A DNA stretch of 63,654 nucleotides, filler included, from Lenisia limosa (Eukaryota > Protista > Breviatea): NCBI GenBank assembly GCA_001655205.1. It is 7 parts of 7 records of this genome, joined end to end, with 100 filler letters (N's around TTAATTAATTAA, not from the genome) between each part and the next. Parts side by side here need not be neighbours in the genome. Positions count along the whole stretch, not along the records: positions 1 to 19,609 come from LPNZ01010137.1; positions 19,710 to 25,597 come from LPNZ01010493.1; 5 more parts are not named here. The stretch is one strand, 5' to 3'. Every line of letters begins with the position of its first letter. Within the stretch, counting starts at the first letter, position 1. Positions 12,660-25,479 of the stretch are shown here, one piece after another. The notes under the pieces are model-generated. The model did not search any database. It saw only the letters and a program-made list of their open reading frames with translations, and was not told where the DNA came from. Both the position numbers and the translations under genes were made by a program.

Positions 12660-15650
12660 TCAGAAGAAAAGCAATCGTATACATTGAAATACACTTAGAC
12701 CTGACGACAAAACCTATACCATACCCATTAGACCAGACAGAACATCCACAACCGCCATAGGCGCCACTATCTCAACATTTCCACTGAATTTTGACAGCAC
12801 ATTGTACATCCACTGTTCCGTTGAGGTGAACATCTGCAATACGTCAGTTAAACTTTGCAGGAGTTAATTTTGAGACGGTTCTATTTCAAACTCCACATAA
12901 ATGGTCCCAGCTGCCATACCATTCCTTCACTGAGATAGAGCTCATACTGAGAGGGGAATATCACTACGCCCGAATTGAATTCTAAACAGTAAACAATGAA
13001 CCTTCCAAGTGGATTAATTTGGTCTGATAAATTAATACCCCCTCACCCTTTCCATAGATCTCAGCGATACAGCAGTTTTGGAATGCAAAGTCAAAGTCAT
13101 GCATTTTGTTTCGAGTGGTGCAGAACTGCACTACGGCGAGGTTTGGAGACTCCCATCTGATGGAATGGTTATGATGCGGTAATTGTTAGACAGGTTATTT
13201 GAGTGCTCTGTGTGAAGAGAAAGATACAGATCATCATCATCATCATCATTGAAGATAATGTAAGCTCATCTTTAACCGATACGCCGTGTTCCAACCTGGC
13301 CTGAGCCTTGAGCACAATGTCCTTTGCTTCATTGAGGTAGCCAGGGGTGATGGGTGCCAGCCCATGGAGACGCAAAGAGCCTGGAGAATGAGTCGTAATA
13401 CATGGGGAGAATGAGTACTTCACTGTGGTCCATTGACGTTGTCCCATGAATGTAGGTATGAGTGTCTTTAAAAGACATTTTTCGACACCCCCCCCCCTCC
13501 CGCGCGCGCAAAACTAGGCCCACCCTTAGATAAACAGATATCTTGTGAGCAGAACAGGTTTTGTCGTTTCGAAATCTAAGGCGTTATTGCTGGTAACCTT
13601 GCGATTCAAATCTCATTTACATATTCTCTCCTCACCCTTGGACAGAGCTTCACGATGGCACTGAGGAGATCTCTGGAAGGCCTGAGCGTTTTGTCGAGAT
13701 GGATGTGCCGAATGTGGCTCGGAGGGTTAGAAGGTGGGATTGCTAAGCTTAAAAAAAAGTTATCATATAATATGGTGTATTACAGAAGGGAAGCAAATCC
13801 CAGTACTCATTAACTTGGATTTGTCAGACAGCAATAAAAACAAGACTCTCTTTGTCAACACCATATGTCCATTTGTTCTTGGCTATATTTTTTCTGGATT
13901 TTGGACCATTGTAATATTCTCAAAACAAAGACCCATGGCATACTAAGGGATGAGTCCAGTGTCTTGGAAGTACTTCAGAACTTCATTTGGTTTTTCGGGT
14001 CTAATAAATAGTCAAGCAAGGAATACTGAATAATTGGTCAAGGGACTATAGAATAAATAATAAAAAAAAACCAGATGAGTATTACGCCCGCATGGATTCA
14101 GACAAACAACACTAACTTTGGGTAAGGGGCTTTGGAGAGGTATTCAGCAACAAAGGCACTTTGATCGTAATCCAAGAAGATGTACAACTAAAATGTCAAA
14201 ACAATCCATTTATCTATCCGTGATACTTAAAAATAATAATGTGTTTCCCTTCATGCCGACAAATCACGGTCTATAAACTTTATCCTACTCTGGCATTGCC
14301 ATCCAGATCTTCAAAGGTATCGGCCAAGTCACACAGTTCAGATTTTCGTTCTTGCGATTTCTCTGCCCTGCCAAATTGTCTAAAAAATAAGTATTCTATC
14401 TGGAGGTGACAAGAACATGAAATGTTGAACCAATATGAATGAAGCAAGGTAACAATAATAATCCACTTCAATATGCATGTTCTATCAATATTACACTGCA
14501 GTATATTTCTCTTTTTTACAAGGGTCCATATCCACTCTGCTCACCTTTGGCATCCAGCAGCCATGAGGTAGTACTGTGCATCATCAATGATGAGGGTGCT
14601 TCCGTCTCGGTACTCTACATCACCAATTAGCCTCCATCCATGTCATAACATCATAAGTATGATACTATATCTGCTTGATCTGCTCAAGACAAAAATCTAT
14701 TCTGAAATATAGAAGAGACTTCACTTTGTCAAAGTTTCACTTACCCGTTGAGGAGGCGGAAGGCTGTACTGTAATATGACCGCTCTTTCCCTATGGGGTG
14801 AAGAAGTTCTTTCAAGGAATACCACAACTTACCTCGGCAGTTCTCCGTACGGGACCTTGAAATCTAAACTGTCATTTTTATTATTATTATTTTTTTTTTT
14901 GCAAAACGGTTCCATTATTAGTCCAAAAGTCCAATTGTTGAATCAAAGACTCACCCTAGTTCTAAAAGCTTCTGTCTCCCTGAGGAAAAGGGTTCCACAA
15001 AAGTGATCTGGGAAGGTGAGATATACATAGCTTCACTTCGGTTCAAAAAACACCGGTAATATCGATAAATCGTAGAAAACTATCGATATTTTACCGGTCT
15101 CTTTTGAACCGAAGTGAAGCCCTAAATATACTTGTATGAAAATGCATAAAGAATAAAAGATTGTAGATTGGCCAACGCCATCTACACCGTCCCATTAATT
15201 GGTGATATCGATTACTTTTGTTTTGACAAGTACACACCTTTTTTCACAAACAGTTAATGGGTTACCCACATGATTACTTTCATAAAATAATTTCGATATT
15301 TCTTGGTCACACTTGTCCACATACTTGTGACGGGCGCAAGTTTTGAGCAAGGTTTGTTGCGAGGACAGATTTTCCACTTCCGGCTGAGCCAGTAATGACA
15401 GTCACTGTATCGGTGGTGCTGAAGGGTCCATGAGTAAGCAGGTTTTATTATCGTACACAAGAACTAACCAACACCCCAGAGCAGTGAAAAAGAGTGGACA
15501 GCACGAACATTTCAAGCTGGTGTCCGATTTGCCTCAGTTTCTCATGGTGCCTCACAACGGCAGACTGACGTTCGTCCACCAAACAGCATGACTCGAGGAC
15601 ACAAGCAAGATCGTCTGCGTTCCTGTCGTCATCATTGATAGATGCTGCCA
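12660..15650 (-). CDS. Divergent SF1 (Schlafen group III / UvrD-like) P-loop helicase domain, multi-exon
   Basis: Walker A VITGSAGSGKSVLA (~15350-15400), motif II TLIIDDAQ (~14575-14600), motif III LYIFLDYDQS (~14160-14188), motif IV HIHLDKTLRPSRDLL (~13670-13712), LAVVQFCTTR, and motif VI-like WMYNVLSKFSGNVEIV (~12770-12820), all in correct order. The central exon phases are not fully resolved. Confidence 0.6.
15028..15124. mobile_element. hAT-type MITE family 1, copy with symmetric internal halves
   Basis: TAG(gg)CTTCACTTCGGTTC...GAACCGAAGTGAAGCCCTA; flanks gatataca/aatatact (6/8). Confidence 0.88.
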
Positions 15651-15839
15651 ATTGACTTAAATCATTCCAATAACACTATTGTTGCTGCTTCTGAAGAAGA
15701 ACAAATGATAGAATCCTTCTTTGGAAAGATCAGAGAAGTGGACCATGGGTCAAAAAATAAAAAATAAAAAATAAAAAATAAAAAATATATGATATACTAT
15801 ACATATATACTGTGATTGTATAAAAGTCAACCAGCAAAC

Positions 15840-18800
15840 TTTGGCCGTTCTCTCTGTGTAACATCTGCGGTGTACGTGGTGCTAGAGTGAGCGACAAGGG
15901 GCCTTAGGACAGCCTCCATTGAAGATATCGTGTGGTCTCCTGACTCTCGACTCACTACAACGTCGGAAAAACACCATTGTAAAAAAAGGTGATATCAAAT
16001 GAGATCATATTGTAAGTAAGGCAAACCAACCTGTGCGCTTCTTGGTGAGCCACGGTGTAGAGCTGGCCAAAGCCACAGCCTCGTGCCATTCTTCGGGGGT
16101 AGACATAGCCCGGGCTGGGATGACAAGCTCTGGATGCCGCCCGAGGAATTTCTGCGGGCAATTAAAAAATCTAACAGTTTTGAAGGGGGCGCGGTGAGGG
16201 GGGGGGGGGTCAAAATATTACTGGATGGGNNNNNNNNNNNNNNNNNNNNNNNNNNNNNNNNNNNNNNNNNNNNNNNNNNNNNNNNNNNNNNNNNNNNNNN
16301 NNNNNNNNNNNNNNNNNNNNNNNNNNNNNNNNNNCAGCCAATAGATCCCACTTTTGATCCATCACTCGACTCCCTGGTTCTTTTTCTGTCCACGGCAGTT
16401 GGCAACCCTCCAAAGAGCGATGAAGGCTTGCTGATTCCTTTGCCTGAAAGGTCACAGCTGAGAGCTTCTTGACCCAATGGATAAGTAAAGGTCTTAATTT
16501 TAGAGGATCCAATTTGGTCAAACAATCCGAGAGGACCAATTTGGTCAAAAACAAAACAAAAAACAATAGCATTACAGGGAGAAATGAGAAATACAAATAT
16601 CTGACAGAAGACATCATTTGCCACATAGAGCATATTGCAGGTACATCCAATACCATTCTTCCAAGCCAGGCTGCCACCAAAGAGAGAGGGGGAACCAAGG
16701 GGAGATGGTGATGGCGTGGGGAGCGGAGGTGACGGTGTGGCGGCGGGGGGCAATGGGTCAAATGAAGAACCCACAGACTGCTTTGCGTCAGTACTTTGTT
16801 CCACAATCAGACCAAGAGCCAATAGTAATACAATGCACCATATTGATATCATATCATATAATATATTACTTGGGTATATTTGTATATAGGGCCTCACTTC
16901 GGTTTGGAAATAATCGGGAAAATATCGATAGTTTTCGAGGATATATCATGAAATTCAGTCTTTTTTCAAACCGAACCTACTTGTATAATCGATATTGTAT
17001 GATATACTATGTAAATGTATAGTTAACATCATATCTACACCAGGTTAAGTGAAAACAATTTTCACCTGTAATAATAGTCAACCCTGGCCTTTGTTTGTAA
17101 TTTCATATCCCACTCCAGAGTCTTCATAGGGGTTGCTGCCGTTGGTGGTGGGGCTTTGCTGCCAAGGTGGGAGGGGCAAGGGCTCCACTTTCTCCAGGAT
17201 TAGACCAGCGGGAGGCTTGTACATCTGTAGGTTAATATTTAGTAGCGGAGCCATTTTTGAAAGGAATAAGCTAATATTTCGTTAAATGCTTTGAGTAGGC
17301 TGTATTTAAACTGAACCTTTCCAATGACAACAACAAGATCTGTAATTTCTGAATCCATTTCCTTCAAAATGTTATATCATAATTTCAAATTGAAAACTTC
17401 ATGTAAAGCGGCCAAATATATAGTACGCTTGCAGCTTATCTAACCTGGTCAAATGGGATGCACTGGGCGACAGGGGGCATGACTTCCTTCTTATAAACGG
17501 GGTCAACCGCCTGAGAGGCTCCTGAGAAGTTGAGGCGACGGCGTGGCTTTGCAATGGTTTTTGGCTTTTGCGGTGAAGGGGACACCGTCATGTCATCATC
17601 TGTCGTCAGACGCGAGAGAAGATCGGAGAGAATCTTGTCTGGGTTTTTGCTCTGAAGCATTATCATATGGGTGCGAGAGAGAAGACTGTTTTGGGGGCTG
17701 ATTTGATAGTATTATAACTGTACAGAGTTCCGCAGCCTACTTTTATCTTGCCGGGGGGCGTTGTGGTGTGGCTAAACTCAACAACCCGCTCATTTGATTT
17801 GGAATCCAGGAGCAATCCTTCAATGTGCTCAGTAACCTTAAGGGGTGAGAAGAGTGTACTTCATCCTTTCGAAATCTACGAATATTTATTCTAACTTCGA
17901 ATACATGACCACCCAAACCGTTTCATCCTCCATTTCGGTGAAGCTCAATGTGAGGTTGCTAAGTCTCTCCAACTCCGGATCCTAAACTGTGAGTACGGAG
18001 CAACTCAAGGTACTTGGGAATTCAATAATGGGTATTGATCTTCGGCTAGTATCAGTCTTCTTTTATTGTTCAATGTTATATTTTGTATCATATACAACAT
18101 TTCTTAATCTCACGAAGCTTTTAATTGCAAAAATCGACGTTATGCTCAAGGACCACCCACATCTTCATCAAATTTGTGGTCATCAAGAAGTACAGCCAGA
18201 CACACGTCCACTTTACCGTGAATGGGAATCTAAAATGTGAAGACAAATTCCAATATGGGGTGAAAGGGTGTTAAATACGCTCTAACAAATACCTCCTTTT
18301 CAGCGAAATAGTTCACTAAACTGTAGTACGATGTCAATGAGGAGGAGAACGCTTTATTGTGAGATAGATAAGAATAGAGCACAGAAGGTGCAAAGCTGCT
18401 CCAACCTTCAGAAAGATCGGATTTCCTCTTGGCAGGCTGGACTATCATCAAAGTGGCATTTTTATCAGCGACTGGATCGGATCGTTGTAAGCCAACAAAG
18501 AGAACTGATTCAACCTGGAAGATGAACATTTGATTATTTGCATTAATTCATATTAAAGACTAAATGATGCTGTTCCAGTGAACCACCCTTCTCCCACATT
18601 TGAGGAGTCTTTAATGGTCTTATTTGTGCGCTTCTTTGATGAGCTATGCAGGGAAAGTACAGTCTTTGCTCCAACAAAAAGATCCTAAACGTTGAATTAC
18701 AATATCATTCTGTTGAAATGAAAAATCAATACGATTAGCGCGAAAAAGCCTCCCCCACCCTACAAAAGCTAAAAACGGTTTATTTTCTATTGAGGAAGCT

Positions 18801-19135
18801 GAAACTTTGTGCAATGATGGGAGGCCACTGAATTCCTTCTTTGCAAGACGAATGAATTCAGAACTATTTGGTCAGATTTTTAATTGAGAGATAAAGCGTG
18901 AGAAGATCGGATGACTTCACAAGAGGGTCATAAACCTTCTACAGTGATAATACACGAAGCCGCTAAGAATTGTCAAAACTGAATTACCACTATAAATCTA
19001 CCCAATAGCTAAAAAAATAACACTCTACCCTCAAACTCATCATTAAAAGCTGTCGACACATAATGGGCCATTAGCTTGTTTTGAAGAGTGCGATCTAAAC
19101 GTTAGTTTAGGGGAAGCGAAATACTCACCGGCCAT
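15840..19135 (-). CDS. Uncharacterised exons with a Pro/Ser-rich middle; possibly the N-terminal part of the helicase gene
   Basis: Candidate start CCAAGATGGCCG|GTGAGT at 19135. Open exon-like blocks lie at 18270-18520, 18130-18200, 17900-17985, 17445-17660, 16640-16800 and 16035-16160, with GT/AG borders. No family recognised. Confidence 0.4.
16887..16979 (-). mobile_element. hAT-type MITE family 1
   Basis: TAGGGCCTCACTTCGG start; right TIR has an internal deletion; TSD tttgtata/cttgtata. Confidence 0.85.
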
Positions 19136-19350
19136 CTTGGTCTGCTGATACTATTAACAACCAAATTTAGGCGACGTTACCCATAGAGGGGTCCAAAGAA
19201 GAGTGCTCAACCTGGGTATAGACTCAAGATTGTTGTCTTGCTTTCTGTGTAAGCTACTTTCTATTTTTCTGAACCTTTGTAAACATCCGTCATCACTGAA
19301 TGTTTCTCTTTTCTTCACCCAATTTCAACATAAATCCTCCAATTTCAAGA

Positions 19351-19609
19351 TTGTTTTTCTAGGTGCGTGGCTCGCGCGCCATGCGTGAGCCAGGCTTCCG
19401 CCTGTCTTACGCTGGTTGCCGCCTCGCCGGTAGCCGCCCAGTCCGACGTGACCTGGACTGGCTTCGACAGCCTCCATGCCGGCATCAACGCTCTTGGCGT
19501 GGCCGTGGTTGTCAACGACGCCAACGGAAACGAGATTGTGGTCACCTGCGCCGACTACCCGGTTGTTGAGATCTTTGCCACCAACTCGGCCGGAGCCAAG
19601 ATGGCAGTG
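19351..19609 (+). CDS. GC-rich exon, filamin/Ig-like repeat candidate, truncated by linker gap
   Basis: SPVAAQSDVTWTGFDSLHAGINALGVAVVVNDANGNEI resembles the filamin-type pattern S.V.G.GL..A.AG....F.V...DA.GN. Confidence 0.4.
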
Positions 19610-19709
19610 NNNNNNNNNNNNNNNNNNNNNNNNNNNNNNNNNNNNNNNNNNNNTTAATTAATTAANNNNNNNNNNNNNNNNNNNNNNNNNNNNNNNNNNN
19701 NNNNNNNNN
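19610..19709. other. Assembly linker (44N-TTAATTAATTAA-44N); identical spacers have their 12-mer at 25642, 36050, 38540, 42888 and 61714
   Basis: A 12-mer with stop codons in all six frames, centred in 100-nt gaps, occurs six times. Confidence 0.95.
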
Positions 19710-19899
19710 CCCCTCACCCCCCCTATACTGCTGTATTGCAGAAACGCAGGCAAATGCACAGTCCGCCTTGTGGTCTTGCGCCACATGTGGGATGGCGTGG
19801 AGGGAGAGGATGCCTTCGTGCAATAACCCCTGGGGAGTAAAATGGGAAAATTTAGAGGGAGAGTGTGGGTGATGAGACGAAAGGGGGCTTGTCTTGAAA

Positions 19900-22800
19900 T
19901 GAGGTGGAATGTTTGGAAGCGTCAGTAGTAGCAAAAAAAAGGGCCTTGTTTTATTTTTTTCATAAACAATCTCCGTTTATCCCTTTTTTTCATCTCCAGA
20001 CACAAAAACAATACGACGGNNNNNNNNNNNNNNNNNNNNNNNNNNNNNNNNNNNNNNNNNNNNNNNNNNNGAAACCTGGCTCGGTCGAAGTACAAATTGA
20101 ACGGAAACTGATAGTTGTATACTCCTTGGACCGTGTGAAAAAAATATTAAAGAGTGACATATTGAAAATAAAAACTCCATTTCTGACACTTTAATTTCAA
20201 AAATTAGAGTATACTTCCTACCTCTGAAGGTGGTGGAGAAGTCATAGCGGTCCTATGTTGGATGTCTTCATGGGTACGACCGCCACTCTACTCTTAATCC
20301 AGAGTCCTGGACTACAGGTGTTAAACAAGACAAAGAGAGAAACACATGGATGTTATCACTATGACCTGGGAGGGGGCTGTTGAAGGTTTGAAGAGCTTGT
20401 ACCTTTCCAAATGCCCTCTAATGGAGGTATTTTGCTATGATCCTCGATTTCATCCACCAACTGTATTTATGCCTCACCTGCCACGATCGGAGCTCCACTT
20501 GATAGGCTCTGGAAGGGAGAGGGGGAAGAGGAAAGGAGGAGAAAGTATTATTATAATGTATTATATCTATATTGTTGATGATGAGGGCAGAAAAGGTCAG
20601 AAAGAGAGCAGCAAAAAAAATGAAAAGAACATTTACATTATACTTACATTTGTTACATTTGCTTGAAATCGTTGTGTTTGGTTTCCCCGCCGGAAGGACG
20701 AAATTACTCCGGGATGACTCAAAATCCCATGCGGGGTCTAGATGTTGTTTTTAGACACTTATAAACTCACAACAGGAAGCATGCTCTTGTTCACCTCCCC
20801 TCCACCCCTCTTCGCATATAACAACAGAGATGTACAACAACCACTGAAATCTAAGCACGTCTGCGTGGGTGGGATGTACTGCTCCGTATCAAATGTTCTT
20901 GCCATTATTCATCTTTTATCACTTTCCATTACTCACTCAGGGGAACTAAAAGAACAAAAGGACATTGTTTTTAGGCAACACAGCTTGGCGTCCTCACATG
21001 GAGGGAAGTTGGAGGGATTGAGAGGATGTTCTGTTTCATGAATGTAGATCTTACCCCATTTTTGCGTACCAAAAATAATAAATCTGCAATAAAAATGCGT
21101 GGTTTTAGCCTCCTGGGACTTAAGCGGGTTTCACAGTGGTTTTTCTGAGGTGTTTTGTAAGTTTTAGTGAGTGCGTTTCTACTACCAGCAAATAATGTTT
21201 TGAGAGTTGTTGCTTGCTATTCTTTTTGAACTTTCTACCCACCCCCCCACCAAAGAGAAAATCATTTGCTATACTACTCACAAATGGATTTGATTGGTTT
21301 TTTGTTGTTGTGTCTTCACACCTCCGTACGCTGAAGCGGTGGGATACGTTGCTACAGAAGCAACTATCCTGTTTTTATTTTTGTTAATAACCCTCGTGTG
21401 TTTCTAGCCAACAGGGTTAATTATGGGTACTTCATGAATTTTCCATGTTTACCTCACTGTGGCTTAATTACCGCCTGGGCTTTGTTTTTCTTTTGTTATC
21501 AATCCTCGTGTGTTGTCAGCCAACAGAGTTGATTTTGGGCTTTTCTTGTTTCATAATTTTTCAATTTTACTCCCCCCCCCTGCTGCAGAAGCCACTGGCC
21601 CTTTCTTTGTTTTGGTGTTTTAATCCCTTGAGTTTGCTTTATTTTTTTTCATAATTTTCCAATTTTTTAAAACATTTCAGAAATGAGCATTCCCCTCCTG
21701 GTTGAAGAGATAATTCAGGAGCACAACGCCCAACTTGGTGTCCTGATAAATGTAAAGGGATTGTTGGTTAAATGGGTTACCAATAAAGCTGATTAATAAA
21801 GAGGGTGCTTAGGGGTTGCTAAATTAATCTCACTTTTGCTTCCAAAAAAGGCTGAATCTTCAGTAAATCCTCGATAAATATAGAGCTTCACTTTCGGTTC
21901 TTAATTAATGGAAAAAATCGATGTTTATCGAGGATTTATCGAGACTGAAGTGAAGCCCTCGATAAATATAGTTTTTGTATCAGTCTTCTGGAAAATGGAC
22001 GGGGTACTTCTGATATAATAAAGGATGGTGGGGATACTGAAAACGGTTGTTGTAAATGTATAATAGGTCAAATGTGGGGGAGCTTGTCAACGGAAAAAAG
22101 GAAGCTAATCAATGGGGGGGGGGGGGGNNNNNNNNNNNNNNNNNNNNNNNNNNNNNNNNNNNNNNNNNNNNNNNNNNNNNNNNNNNNNNNNNNNNNNNNN
22201 NNNNNNNNNNNNNNNNNNNNNNNNNNNNNNNNNNNNNNNNNNNNNNNNNNNNNNNNNNNNNNNNNNNNNNNNNNNNNNNNNNNNNNNNNNNNNNNNNNNN
22301 NNNNNNNNNNNNNNNNNNNNNNNNNGCACTAATGCTTCAGTCTGCCACCCTGGTCGTCACCGCCGATTTGGCAGAGTTGGATATCTCCACGGCGGATCTG
22401 GAGGCTCGGATAGAGGTCACTCTTGGCGGAACCCGAATTGTGAGCGTGAAGCAGCTTCTAATGCAAAGTTGTTGTCTCATTTTTTTTTTACTCATTTCCT
22501 TACTTTATCAGAAAGGAGCACAGCAGATGTTTGACAGTGTGCATTCACTTTTGCTCAAGTAGGTTGAAAAGGGGATTTTCGACATTTTGAACAAGTCATT
22601 GTTCTTTTGTAATCTTCACATTCGGTCCCCCGGGAAGCGAGAAGTTGTTTTTTCTCTCACACATACATGTCGATGTCGTTCACTCATTCATTAATCCCTT
22701 GAGTATTTTTATTTTTATTTTTCAAATGCTCTCTCTTTTTCGGGTTCCTTGCTAGTCAATAAGATAATTGACATCACTAAGCACATTAATACCTGAACGG

Positions 22801-24800
22801 GCATAGGCTGGCTGTTGTCCGGCTATAAACATAATATATCGATATGCATATAATACATGTAGTATAGTAATATATATTATGTTGATATGTGGTTAATACT
22901 TACACACCTCGTCGTTGAATACTGCTCCATACACACCATGATCCACAATGATTGTGACGGTTGAAAGCTAGATTGAAATTAGATAAGTCAATGTAATACA
23001 GTCCCTTCGGATTCGAACGTGTAATATACAGTGTTTGGGCGACCAACACCCCATTTCGGTTCGTATATGTTGCCACTGAGAGGTTGACGTTTGATGAACG
23101 CAGCCCTGAGTCACTCAATTTGATGACGAGTGGTGGCTTCAAATGTCGTATCCCTGTGAACAGAATTAAGCGGTCCCGTTACTGCTTGCAGTAACGCTAT
23201 AGGGGTTAGGATTACAGACACTTGGCAAACCTTTCCCATAATTTCTCCTTTTGCTCCATATCCAAGAAAGTGACAATGGCTGTAGCTGTAGCTGTAGCAT
23301 TGAGCTGCCACATTTCAAGGCGGTCACCGAGGAACTGTTCAAATCGCGAGCCAAGCAAGTCTGCTTTCTAGCACTGGAGAATTACTGAGTCTCAAAATAC
23401 AGCCACTTACATGGATAAAGTCAGCATTGTAGCGGCTTTCGAAATGTAACCTTCCTTCTTCAGCGAGGGCCCACTCACAGTCCTCTTGAAGGTAGTCACT
23501 TCATGCAGTCCCAAAGAATCAAGCAACTTGTCAGCAGTAGAGATAAACAATACTAAGAAAAATCCTCACTTATAGTAACGTAAATCGTGGTTCAGTCTTG
23601 AGAGACGCTTAATTTCGAGATGGGCTTCTCGGAGCTCCCTTCGCAGGTTGGTTGTAGTAGACGACTGGAAAATCAAAATGAATTTCCTCTTCTCAGAACA
23701 CACTGAAAGTCAGGGCCAATCATGAAAGTTCAACACAATCTAATCTATAATTTCTTTCATCTTTCCACTGCTATGCTATAAGATAAACAAGGAACTAGAA
23801 ACTGCTCTGCTATAAGATAAACAAGGAACTAGAAACCCATTTTGTTGATTTACTTTCTCTTTGGGGGTTTATTGTAACACATATTAGCAATTATCATCAT
23901 CACCCCTCTTGATTTCTTTCAAGAATAATAATCTTGTAAACCAATATTGTGAATTCAACATGGTGAATGGTTAGAGTGCACCCTTTTTATTACAACTAAT
24001 AACATATTCTCTCTTGATTTTGATACATACTAAAACTAGAGCTTCACTTCCGGTTCCAAAAAAGACTGAAATCTCGATAAATCCTTAAAAAAATGTCGAT
24101 TTTATCAGGCTTTTCGAATGTAAAGCCCTAACTAACACTGACCACTCCAGCAACAGCAGGGCATACGCTGACCGTTTCCAAGCGGCAATCTGCCAAAAAC
24201 TACTAGGGCTGCAATGACAATATCCGTGTTTCTGTTCCACTACTGTGACAATTGTCGTTCTTCTTGGAGGGTGTATACGTCTTCTTGAACGGCCAAGAAG
24301 ACGGCGTTTAGTATGGGTCACTATGGTTTTTGTTTTGTTATATATTGTTTGTACCTTGGAATTTCCTTCACAGCTGTAAAGAGGCCTAATAAGCTGGTGT
24401 TGGGATTTATCGATAATTTAGATGAAAGTGAATTTCTACATTATGTAAGAGAGCGTAAATCTCATCCAGTGTGTGATTGTTTTTATGTTATTAGAGCTTC
24501 ACTTTCGGTTCCAAATGGCATGAAAAATATCGAAATTTATCAAGGATTTCTCGAGAATTCAGTCTTTTTGGAACCGAGTGGCTTTAGTTATTATAATAGA
24601 GCTAGCTCTTTTATGTTAATTTCTGTAGACTATGTAGTTCAATTCAAATTCAAATAATTTTTAAAGGAGAGGGCACTGTTGGAATGTTAGGACCAAGGTT
24701 CGACGACTGCTTAAATCAGGTAACAACAAACCGGAAGAAGATTCGGCAGCAACCGAGCCTCTGCAGACTTTGTCTTTTGTTTAACGAAATTAACCAGATT
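19900..24800 (-). CDS. Uncharacterised multi-exon gene(s) with a coiled-coil segment
   Basis: Exon-like reads ILNAVFLAVQEDVYTLQEER (~24250-24310), NLRRELREAHLEIKRLSRLNHDL (~23585-23655), ADKLLDSLGLHEVTTFKR and LVDEIEDHSKIPPLEGIW. The model was not assembled. Confidence 0.3.
21881..21960 (-). mobile_element. hAT-type MITE family 1, nested in an older copy
   Basis: TAGAGCTTCACTTTCGG...GAAGTGAAGCCCTC; perfect TSD gataaata; the left flank (~21828-21880) is itself family-1 sequence. Confidence 0.85.
24037..24130 (+). mobile_element. hAT-type MITE family 1
   Basis: TAGAGCTTCACTTCCGG...AAAGCCCTA; TSD actaaaac/actaacac. Confidence 0.85.
24492..24586 (-). mobile_element. hAT-type MITE family 1, degraded
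   Basis: TAGAGCTTCACTTTCGG...GAACCGAGTGGCTTTA; TSD not clear. Confidence 0.8.
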
Positions 24801-25379
24801 ACTTTGCATAATTCAATATCACACATCAACTATATTTATATTACTCTACTCTTGTGTTAATTTCTTGAAGCAAGGGACAAAAAATTACAGTCTTCTTCCG
24901 GTTTGGCACCCTGCAAAAGTAGGGTCAACAGAAACTGGCTCCTATAACCCACAATTACCGACAGTAGCTTCCGTGATTTTTACTACTATAAAAGCAGATT
25001 TGGAAGCAAGAGAACAAATGTTGTGATTATCATACTGACCAAAATCATCTTTAAATTAAAAGTAGTTGAAAGATGACGCCAGTAGGGTGTACTTTTACTG
25101 TTAATATGAATGTTTCATTTGTTCTTCTGAGGTAGTCCCAACAACTTCCTTTTTGCAAAGTGTAAAACTCAGCGTAGCTTTTCATTTTACCAGTAATACT
25201 AAATAGAAGGAAATTAACATTTGTGTACACTTTATTGCAAAAAAGAAAAAAAATTGATCGTTTTAGTAAACATCGTGATTTGAGAAATAAGGCATTCATC
25301 AACATTCACATTACAACAACCCCCGAACAAAAGAACAGACAAAAAGAAAACCCAAACTACATAATAAACTCACGCCAAT

Positions 25380-25454
25380 TTACTCCAGGTATGACTCTGG
25401 AATGAAACCTGTGGAGGCGCCCATTTTGATCTTGACCCAGCCGTCTCCGTCAGC
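25380..25454 (-). CDS. Terminal exon of an SH3-domain protein; the rest is lost in the gap
   Basis: TTAG|ADGDGWVKIKMGASTGFIPESYLE* carries the SH3 C-terminal signature GW....G..G.(F/I)P..Y(V/L). Confidence 0.72.
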   Translation of the reverse strand, partial: ADGDGWVKIKMGASTGFIPESYLE

Positions 25455-25479
25455 CTAAGGAGTGAGGGGGAGAGTAGGA

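Noticed and set aside
12660-13530. YjeF-N epimerase fused to NAXD
   Set aside because: These exons carry helicase C-terminal motifs and end in their own stop; no YjeF-N motifs (GNNGGDG) were seen.
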